Positions 8,286 through 15,618 of a stretch of DNA of 16,596 nt are shown here, one piece after another (within the stretch, counting starts at the first letter, position 1; every line of letters begins with the position of its first letter). The DNA lies in contig MTSL01000201.1 of NCBI GenBank assembly GCA_002794465.1, forward strand, positions 1 to 16,596. Direction: 5' to 3'. This stretch comes from Paramicrosporidium saccamoebae KSL3. Its lineage: Eukaryota > Fungi > Cryptomycota. The notes beneath the pieces were generated by a model that worked only from the letters and a program-made list of their open reading frames with translations, did no database searches and was not told where the DNA came from. Position numbers and translations under genes: made by a program.

Positions 8286-8552
8286 ACTTCTAGTGGGAGA
8301 TGCTGGCACCTGGACGGAATCCTCCAAAACATCTTCCTCGTTATCGCCCGGCTCTTGTTCCGTCTCCGATAGCTTGGAGGGCTGTTGGGCGAGTCGACTG
8401 GAGAATGACCGCGGCTTGGGACCCTTGACCAGGTCAACCATTAGTTTCTGTGAGCAGGGCGACAGGTTGTCGCTGGGACTGGACACCCGCAGGTGGTTCC
8501 GCATATGTGGGGGTGCTTTCCTCGCGGGTCTCTCCTCCGACTCGGGCATCAT
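8265..8552 (-). CDS. Spo12-family protein, 95 aa unspliced; possible spliced form of 158 aa ending at 8047
   Basis: VSSPSDNLSPCSQKL...KPRSF (8403-8486) matches the Spo12 SPxD..SPCxxKL...KP motif as recalled, with a spacer one residue shorter than usual. Confidence 0.65.
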   Translation of the reverse strand: MMPESEERPARKAPPHMRNHLRVSSPSDNLSPCSQKLMVDLVKGPKPRSFSSRLAQQPSKLSETEQEPGDNEEDVLEDSVQVPASPTRSVGGMTL

Positions 8553-8583
8553 AAACAAAAGTGTATTTTCCTTATCGGGGCAT

Positions 8584-11340
8584 TTATTTGTCTACAGAGG
8601 GGAGCCAAGCCGACTCCGTGGCGGTGACGTATTTAATATAACGCGTCTCGGGAGCGGTGATGAGTTCAGTGTACACCAAAAGCAATGGCGGCATGGTACG
8701 CAAAACAGAGGTGGGATGCAGATAGACGACTGCTGACACGTCATCTGCCGCGCGTCCAAGGATGCGATAGGCAGGGAACGGCATTCGCTTCAGACCGGGC
8801 ACATTTTTGGGATTGACGATACGCTCTGCCGCTCGTTCACTCAGAGATTGTGAAATGAGTTTTCGAAGATGCTGCTGACCAGACCGACCCAATTTGGGCA
8901 ATTCCTGACAATCAACCCCTGGATAATTCTGTTTCAACAGTCTCTTAAGTAATTGGAATTGTTGGGTCATTTCCTCCATCCGCTTGCCCATAAGACCAAA
9001 TCTTGAGCAATATTCATTTCTTGCATTCTTGGTGGGAATGGCCAAGTATTGGAGCAGGGCATTCAACCACATGAGGAGATCGCTGGTAGGAGGCTTTCCG
9101 GCCAGCTCTGTCCTGGGGGAGTGTGAATGCGATTGTGATTGTTCGGTATGATCTTTGTCAAAAGATTGGTCATCCAGGAAGGGATCACCAACAGACATGA
9201 CAGACGCAAAGGCAGCAGCCAATAGCGGATATTCGTCCATTTCCCATGACATGACCAACAGCCGCGACCATATGGGAGCGATGGGAAGTTTGGCCATTTT
9301 GCGACCCAACAGAGTGATACGGGGGAAATCGTCGCCAGCACAAAGCGCACCCATCCGAAGTAAACTTTGTTGGGCGGCTATTACTGCGCCAGATGGAGGC
9401 GCTGAAGGCAACGGGAAACGCTCCGGGTGATCAATACCCATAGTTTTGAGCTGTAATACCAATGACTCCATGGGAGTGCGCTGGATCTCGGGGGGAGAGA
9501 AGGGGGGAAATTGTTGATCAAAGACGGCAGAGGAGAAGAGGCGGTAACAATGGCCCGGTCCAACTCGTCCGGCTCTTCCGGCACGCTGCGTTGCTGAAGC
9601 CTGTGATGTCCATTCCACGCGATATTGCTGTGCTCCCGAAGTCGCATCAAAGTGACGCTGTTTCACGAGACCGCAGTCGACAACATAGCGGATATTGGGA
9701 ATGGTTAAACTCGTCTCAGCAACATTGGTGGCCAGCACACATAGCCGTGTTCCCTCTGGTGGCAATTGAAAGACTTTGTTCTGCTCCTCTGGCGCTAACA
9801 ATGAATATAGCGGTAGCACATGCAACGGTTCCCGTGTTTCTGCGTCCATTGAAAACTGGCCCATTGAATCGTCACTGTCAGATTGTGCTTTTTCGTCTTC
9901 TTCCGACTCTATTGGCTCTATCGTTTCCATAGGCCCTTCTGCACCATCATCATCGTCATCCTCGTTCCAGGCATTAATGGGCCGTTTGTTGTACCTCTGG
10001 GCCAAACGACGCGCCAACCGGACAATTTCTTGCTTTCCCGTCAGGAACACTAACACTCCACCAGGAGGAAGATTTGCATGCACTTTGCAGATCATCCGAT
10101 ACGCCGCATCCACGTGGTCGGTGGGGGTCTTTCGTGAAAAATGCATTGTGACGGGGTGTTGACGCGCGTCCACCCGGATGATTGGCGGCGTTGGAGTGAA
10201 CAGACGTGGCGCAGTAAATTCATCAATATTTAGGGTAGCCGACATGATTACCAATCGAAGCGGCCGGGTTTTTTCAGGCTGTGAACATGCCAAGCGGTTT
10301 CGAAGACGTACCGCACGGGACAGCATACCGATGAGAATGTCCGTGTTTAGATTACGCTCGTGCGCTTCGTCCAGGAGGATTGCACTGTATTTGGTCAACA
10401 AAAAGTCGTCGGCAAGCTCTCGTAGGAGAATACCATCAGTCATGAATTTAATGCGCGTGTCGCGTGTCACCACCGCATCGTATCTCACCTGATGCGCCAC
10501 ATGAAGGGGTCGACCCAACTCTTCTCCAACTCGTCTCGCCATGCTGACGGCGGCTACTCTTCGCGGCTGAGTGACTCCGATGAGACCAGGATTGGGACTG
10601 TCTCGGTCTCCAAAGCCCGCCTCATAGAGGAATTGCGGTACCTGAGTAGTCTTTCCACTGCCCGTCTCACCGCAAATAATAGTGACGGCATTACTACGGA
10701 GAGTTTCCATGATGGACTGTTCCTCTGCAAACACAGGAAGCTTGCTACGCTGTTCCTCAATCTCCCGTGTTCTCTCTGTCAACACGAAATATGTTTCCCA
10801 AGGAGGCAACGGGTCTGGCGTAGCATCCGCTTCTTGCACTGTATCCAAAGGCTCTACGGAAACGTCAGAGGTAGATTCGGCAGTATCAGAGAGGGGATTG
10901 AGGGACGACCTTTTGATTGAGGCAATAGCCGCATTAAGGTCAGTTGCCTCTTCCGGAACCCTTCGAACAAACGTTTTTTTAGCCACCACCACTGGTTCCC
11001 CGTCGGAAGACTCGGCATTATCCACGGGAGCCTCTTTGGGTTTAGCCGTTTCACGTCTACTGGGCACCAGTAAATTCTTAGTCGATTGAAGCGCGTCGGT
11101 ACGAAAGGCACTTTGGCCGAGTCGAGCTAATAGCTCAGGTCGAGCATCCTTCTTTAGTTTCTTGGCCAAATACTTTTCAAACTGTTTGGCCTTTCGCTTT
11201 CCCATCGCCGTGACTTCGGGGACGGGCGTGGATGCAACCATCGGTTTCCGAACCGTCCGTTCCTCTAGAACCGCGACATTTGTATCTTCTGACGACGGTT
11301 TGGGCAAATCCTTGTAAAAGCGGCTCTTCTTGCGTCCCAT
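8584..11340 (-). CDS. DHR1: DEAH-box RNA helicase Dhr1/Ecm16/DHX37 (SSU processome), 918 aa, no intron detected
   Basis: GETGSGKTTQVPQFL, TQPRRVAA, DEAHER, SAT, TNVAETSLTI, QRAGRAGR; acidic insertion in RecA2; N-terminus MGRKKSRF...DTNVAVL typical of DHX37. Start at 11340, not 11514. Confidence 0.95.
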   Translation of the reverse strand: MGRKKSRFYKDLPKPSSEDTNVAVLEERTVRKPMVASTPVPEVTAMGKRKAKQFEKYLAKKLKKDARPELLARLGQSAFRTDALQSTKNLLVPSRRETAKPKEAPVDNAESSDGEPVVVAKKTFVRRVPEEATDLNAAIASIKRSSLNPLSDTAESTSDVSVEPLDTVQEADATPDPLPPWETYFVLTERTREIEEQRSKLPVFAEEQSIMETLRSNAVTIICGETGSGKTTQVPQFLYEAGFGDRDSPNPGLIGVTQPRRVAAVSMARRVGEELGRPLHVAHQVRYDAVVTRDTRIKFMTDGILLRELADDFLLTKYSAILLDEAHERNLNTDILIGMLSRAVRLRNRLACSQPEKTRPLRLVIMSATLNIDEFTAPRLFTPTPPIIRVDARQHPVTMHFSRKTPTDHVDAAYRMICKVHANLPPGGVLVFLTGKQEIVRLARRLAQRYNKRPINAWNEDDDDDGAEGPMETIEPIESEEDEKAQSDSDDSMGQFSMDAETREPLHVLPLYSLLAPEEQNKVFQLPPEGTRLCVLATNVAETSLTIPNIRYVVDCGLVKQRHFDATSGAQQYRVEWTSQASATQRAGRAGRVGPGHCYRLFSSAVFDQQFPPFSPPEIQRTPMESLVLQLKTMGIDHPERFPLPSAPPSGAVIAAQQSLLRMGALCAGDDFPRITLLGRKMAKLPIAPIWSRLLVMSWEMDEYPLLAAAFASVMSVGDPFLDDQSFDKDHTEQSQSHSHSPRTELAGKPPTSDLLMWLNALLQYLAIPTKNARNEYCSRFGLMGKRMEEMTQQFQLLKRLLKQNYPGVDCQELPKLGRSGQQHLRKLISQSLSERAAERIVNPKNVPGLKRMPFPAYRILGRAADDVSAVVYLHPTSVLRTMPPLLLVYTELITAPETRYIKYVTATESAWLPSVDK

Positions 11341-11352
11341 CACGTCCAGGGC

Positions 11353-11793
11353 ATGCAAACCCGTCCTATTAACCCCTCCACCGCTGCGGGTACTTCCACC
11401 CGTCTCGTCAACCCAAACACCGCCGAAGCTGCCGGTTTCCGTTGTGACCTCTGTGCAGCCACCTTTACCGCCTATGATGCATATCTCGATCATTGTAACA
11501 GTCGTCTCCATCAACGGAATTTGGGTACCCCGACGGTGGAACGGGTGGATGATGTTGAGCGTATCAGAGCCAGATTACAGCTACTTCGGGAACGAAAGGC
11601 TAAAAAGACTGACGTAAACGAGGTCACCAAGGACATGGAGGAGCGACTGGCGCAACAGAAGAAAGAAGAAGAGGAACGAAGACGTCAAAAGTATGATCGT
11701 AAAAAGAACAAGGCTCCTCAAGCAGGAGACCAAGAAGAAGACGAAGAAGCAAAATTAATGTCTTCCATCCTCGGTATATCCTCTTTTAAATGA
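11353..11793 (+). CDS. SNU23: Snu23/ZMAT2 U4/U6.U5 zinc-finger protein, 146 aa
   Basis: GFRCDLC-x12-H-x5-HQRNLG...VER matrin-type finger followed by a charged coiled coil and M..ILG...F at the C-terminus. Confidence 0.85.
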   Translation: MQTRPINPSTAAGTSTRLVNPNTAEAAGFRCDLCAATFTAYDAYLDHCNSRLHQRNLGTPTVERVDDVERIRARLQLLRERKAKKTDVNEVTKDMEERLAQQKKEEEERRRQKYDRKKNKAPQAGDQEEDEEAKLMSSILGISSFK

Positions 11794-11806
11794 GGCCAGG
11801 ACGTAA

Positions 11807-11880
11807 AGTAGTGGGATTGGATGGAGTAGTGGAATAGTGGAGCAGTGAAGTGGTGGAGTGGTGGGGTGGTGGGGTGGTGG
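11807..11880 (+). repeat. G-rich 8-bp minisatellite
   Basis: Seven contiguous units at 11825-11880 (agtagtgg aatagtgg agcagtga agtggtgg agtggtgg ggtggtgg ggtggtgg) plus agtagtgg at 11807-11814. Confidence 0.85.
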
Positions 11881-11961
11881 GATTAAGTGTCATAGTAAAA
11901 TCAAGCAGCATAAGGGAATCAAGTGTCGTAGTGATATTGAGTGTCATGCATGCACATCATC

Positions 11962-12000
11962 TATGCAAATTATATATGCAAATCATATATGCAACTCATA
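11962..12000 (+). repeat. 3 x 13-bp tandem repeat
   Basis: tatgcaaattata tatgcaaatcata tatgcaactcata. Confidence 0.9.
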
Positions 12001-12072
12001 ACCAGTGCCTCTTTCACTCCGAGCTATCAATCCCACTACTATTAACCTCACTACTGCTCCTCATCAATACTG

Positions 12073-12080
12073 TATATAAA
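12073..12080 (+). promoter_or_regulatory. TATA-like element
   Basis: TATATAAA ending 30 nt before the ATG at 12111. Confidence 0.4.
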
Positions 12081-12110
12081 CAATGAAAGTCTTCGGATTA
12101 GGCCAAATTG

Positions 12111-13823
12111 ATGTTTTGGAGCAAATTGTGGGATGCTCTTACACGTCGCAAGCCCCTTGAAAAGGGTCTGGCACAGGTGTCATCAGTAAAACATTTGACA
12201 TGGTACGACCTGAGTGCGTATGGGATTGCAACGACAGTGGGGGGCGGGATCTACGTGACCGTCGGAAGGGTGGCCCGCGACCTCACAGGCCCTTCTGTGG
12301 TCTTGTCCATCGGTCTAGCCGGATTGCTGTCCCTGCTCACGGGAATCTGCTATCTGGAGTTTGCGTCAGCTCTACCAATAGCCGGCTCGGGTTATGCGTA
12401 TTTCTATGTCATGCTGGGTGAATTTCTGGGTTGGTTTGTGGGTTGGAATCTGACATTGGAGTATTCTTTTGCAGCCGCGGCTATTGCTGGTGGATGGACA
12501 CGCTATTTTGTCACCCTAATGGCACAACTGGGTTGGCGGATGCCACGCGCACTGTTTGATGTTCCACTGGCCGGAATGCTGCGCATCAACATGTTGGCGG
12601 CCATACTGTGTCTGCTCGTGGGTGCATTAGTCAGCCGTGGTCTTAAATTTGGGGCGCTGCTGACAAACATTGTGACTCTCATCAATGTGAGCATTATCAT
12701 ATTCATTTTGGTAGTGGGTGGGTTCTTTATGACAGCGCAAAATTGGCGTCCATTCATGCCATATGGTCTGGGAGGTGTTTTTTCGGGTAGCGGTGAAATG
12801 TTCTTTTCCTTCATCGGCTATGACGGTATTTCTTCGCTGGCAGGTGAGGCGTTGAATCCTGCCCGCGATCTGCCTATTGCCGTGTTCATCACCATTACCA
12901 CTGTGACATTGTTGTATATGGGAGTGGGATTAGTGCTAACGGGCATGCAGCCTTATCTGACCTTGGACGAGGACAGTCCCCTAATCACCGCCTTTGTCTC
13001 AGTAGGTGCTACCTGGGCGTCCTATGTGGTTGCGGTCTGCGCCTTATTCACCATGGCCACTACCATCTTTACCTGTCTGGTTGGCCAGCCCAAGATCTTC
13101 CAGGCAATTGCCAAAGACGGTCTTCTCCCTCCTCTCCTTGCCAAAGAGGATAGACGCAGTACTCCTATTGGATCGGTCGTCTTCACAACACTACTGACCG
13201 CTGCCATCGCCATGCTGCTGGACGTGAACAGCGGACTAATCGATATGGTCAATTTTGGGATTCTGCTGGCCATGTCCATGTTGTGCACCGGTTTGTTACT
13301 CGTGCGTCTAGAACAGCACGAGCCAATTACACTCCTGGGCAACTGTCTGACGTACACGTATTTCCTCGGCTGCATTGCATCTACCCTGACCTATATGTAT
13401 GCCCCGTTGGTAGCCGCATTGGTTACCGTTGGTCTCACCATGGTGGTTCCCTTCCTCGGACTGTCCTATCTCTTTATCCGATATCGTGTCGAGTTGAAAT
13501 CCCTGTCACCTGCCTTTCAATGTCCTCTACTGCCCGTGCTGCCCTGTATCGCTGTCGCAGCCAATTCTTATCTGATGATGCAAATGAGCAATATGGCCAT
13601 GGGTTTCCTGCAATTCTCCATCTGGACCGTGGTGGGTCTGATTGTCTATTTTGCATACGGCATCCACCACTCCCATCTGATCCACGACCACCTAATCCTG
13701 TCCAAAAACGAGGTGGATGATAAGGAGGTTGACAGTCCAGTTAAAGGACCCGTCTCCCCCAAGAGCCCAATTCGGACACCCACATCGCCCAAAGACAAGA
13801 ATTCCTCAGAGTCGGTTTTTTAA
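12111..13823 (+). CDS. Cationic amino acid transporter (APC superfamily, CAT/SLC7A1-4-like), 570 aa, no intron detected
   Basis: LTRRKPLE, GIATTVGGGIY, YLEFASALPIAGSGYAY, GEFLGWFVGWNLTLEY, FFSFIGYD, and a C-terminal FQCPLLPVLP...YFAYGIHHS domain typical of CAT-type carriers. First true ATG at 12111. Confidence 0.9.
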   Translation: MFWSKLWDALTRRKPLEKGLAQVSSVKHLTWYDLSAYGIATTVGGGIYVTVGRVARDLTGPSVVLSIGLAGLLSLLTGICYLEFASALPIAGSGYAYFYVMLGEFLGWFVGWNLTLEYSFAAAAIAGGWTRYFVTLMAQLGWRMPRALFDVPLAGMLRINMLAAILCLLVGALVSRGLKFGALLTNIVTLINVSIIIFILVVGGFFMTAQNWRPFMPYGLGGVFSGSGEMFFSFIGYDGISSLAGEALNPARDLPIAVFITITTVTLLYMGVGLVLTGMQPYLTLDEDSPLITAFVSVGATWASYVVAVCALFTMATTIFTCLVGQPKIFQAIAKDGLLPPLLAKEDRRSTPIGSVVFTTLLTAAIAMLLDVNSGLIDMVNFGILLAMSMLCTGLLLVRLEQHEPITLLGNCLTYTYFLGCIASTLTYMYAPLVAALVTVGLTMVVPFLGLSYLFIRYRVELKSLSPAFQCPLLPVLPCIAVAANSYLMMQMSNMAMGFLQFSIWTVVGLIVYFAYGIHHSHLIHDHLILSKNEVDDKEVDSPVKGPVSPKSPIRTPTSPKDKNSSESVF

Positions 13824-14116
13824 ATTTGAGTGAGAAGCTATTTTATTATTAAAAAGCGTGCCCCTTTTTATAGATGACCGCTCTCAACATACCCGATTGG
13901 GCTTATAAGATGGATATCCTGATTAGAGTCACCCCCATGGGCAATCCGTATCGTCTTACAGTAAGTAAATATGTATTGCAGCATGGGTTAATTTCTCAAG
14001 CTGCAACGAAACTTGTCAAGTTGCGACGAAATTACCCGTTAACAATCTCGTTCGCCCACTAATACCGCCTATGCTGCCGGATTCGGAAGTGACGATTAGT
14101 GCTTTATTTACTACAT

Positions 14117-15159
14117 CTATTCAGAGGGCTCACCAGGGGTCCCTTCGCTGGGGTTATTTACGTGATTCAAAATACCAGGCATGTCCATCGTTGCGGGTAT
14201 CTCAAACTGTCCATTGGGTCTGGCTCTCAGCGTCGAAAGCAATCTCCGTTGCACAATCATCAGAAGCGGAATCTCTTGCAAGATTGCTGCCAAATTGTAA
14301 AGTTGATCTTGTGCTAGGATTCCACGAGACATTCCTTCATGCAATTCTCTGCATCCGCTGGCCAGCATCAGATATGCACTCTCGAACGATTGAAGATTGG
14401 AAATCAGTTCGGCGTCATCGATATCTGTCAATGGTGGTTTAAGGACCGAGAATGGATGTTCCAAGGGAAAAATGTCCGCTCCATCAGAAAATGTACAGAT
14501 TCGCCGCAACTCAGCACTTAGGCTCAACAACGCCCGTTTCGTCTCAGTACGGAAAATGTAGTGTTCCCCAGTCCCCCCCGCATCCGCAATACGTCTTGAT
14601 GGTCTAGAGTTAACTCGGGGAGGGGTGGTAGAGTGGGTTGAAGAATTGGGTGCCGCCTCGGCGGACTGCGAAGGGCCAGTTATCGGTCCACTCGCGCCTG
14701 ATTGCGCATCTTGGCCAAACAAGTGGGAGAATGCGCCCATCAACGATTGCGTCACTTGCCCTGCCATGGACAATGGCCCCATATTGGGATCAACTTCCAA
14801 TGAGTGGAACATCATCCCCGCTCTTGGGAACGGTCCTCTCTGTGGATGCGGCTGTTCGCTTGACATTTCAGGCGCATCCAGAGGACGCTCCACCATATGT
14901 AAAATGCTTCCATCTTCCAGTCCGTAGGTAGAGAGTAACTGTCCCACCTTGAGGACGCGGCCGCGGTAAATGATTCTTTGGCGGGCTTCAGCGACCTCGG
15001 TTGCGAGTCTAATTTGCGTGCGTAGCTCTTCCACTGTAGCCTAGGAACTATTAAGAAGGCCACTGCGCTGGATACAGTAGAGGGGATGGTTATGTGCACT
15101 CTGGGATTGTGCATTCTTTGTATATAAAGGGTCCAAGTTGAGTTTGAGTTGCTTTGCAT
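14117..15159 (-). CDS. N-terminal ubiquitin-like-domain protein (BAG6/CIP73-like UBL), 335 aa; exons 15159-15076 and 15040-14117
   Basis: Splicing gives WTLYIQRMHNPRVHITIPSTATVEELRTQI...QRIIYRGRVLK...YGLEDGSILHMVERP, a complete ubiquitin fold. AATAAA lies shortly after the stop on the minus strand. Confidence 0.75.
15041..15075 (-). other. Spliceosomal intron, 35 nt, phase 0
   Basis: gtatcc...cttaatagttcctag; joins beta1-beta2 to the helix of the UBL fold. Confidence 0.85.
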
Positions 15160-15255
15160 TTGTTCTGGTTATCCCTGGATGATGGAAATCCTTCATCAAG
15201 CGTGCTCTTTCCCATCCTCCAAAAATACTTGTGAACTGACGACACTATCATCCAA

Positions 15256-15329
15256 TAAATCACTTTGTAGTCTCGAAACTACTTTTAAACCACTTGTAAA
15301 CTATTTCTAAACTGCCTCTAAACTACTTC
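15256..15329. repeat. 11-bp tandem array, consensus TAAACTACTTY
   Basis: Five contiguous units at 15275-15329 (gaaactacttt taaaccacttg taaactatttc taaactgcctc taaactacttc) plus taaatcacttt at 15256-15266. Confidence 0.85.
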
Positions 15330-15360
15330 ACCTGCCATACCACCCTTGTAGAAGCATAGC

Positions 15361-15618
15361 ATGATGGAGTCTGGCTCACGGCCTCCAGTGGCTTCCCGTC
15401 CACAAGACACCAAAATGGCGTACATTTGTGGCGGTACATTTCTCCGCTTGGGGTGATAACCAGTGTAGACTGTGGTGCCGAGAATGAGATAAAGCCCAAA
15501 GACGCCATCCGCTGTCGCGAGTGCGGCTACCGCATCATGTACAAAAAACGTACCAAGAGGAGTAAGGACCGTTCTGATGGTGTCTCATGTGCTAGTAATC
15601 CAGTTTGAGGCTCGTTAA
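15361..15618 (+). CDS. RPB12: RNA polymerase I/II/III shared subunit RPABC4, about 62 aa; exons 15361-15433, 15469-15561, 15596-15618
   Basis: Spliced product ...[44 protein letters not shown], the canonical RPB12 zinc ribbon. Start may be 15361 or 15364. Confidence 0.97.
15434..15468 (+). other. Spliceosomal intron, 35 nt, phase 1
   Basis: gtacat...gataaccagtgtag; restores YICGDC. Confidence 0.95.
15562..15595 (+). other. Spliceosomal intron, 34 nt, phase 1
   Basis: gtaagg...gtgctag; restores KRTKRIIQFEAR. Confidence 0.95.

Noticed and set aside
11341-11514. 58-aa N-terminal extension of DHX37
   Set aside because: It is the antisense reading of Snu23; homology starts at MGRKKSRF.
2997-15159. 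GET2 and the BAG6-like UBL gene as a GET-pathway cluster
   Set aside because: They are over 10 kb apart with seven unrelated genes between them, and BAG6 orthology is unproven.
15256-15329. Short tandem arrays (also 8071-8215, 11825-11880, 11962-12000) as CRISPR-like arrays
   Set aside because: No unique spacers, units too short or contiguous, no cas genes, eukaryotic context.
15420-15440. Duplicated GTACATT donor in RPB12 as functional alternative splicing
   Set aside because: Use of the upstream donor gives a 49-nt intron and a frameshift in an essential subunit; at most splicing noise.
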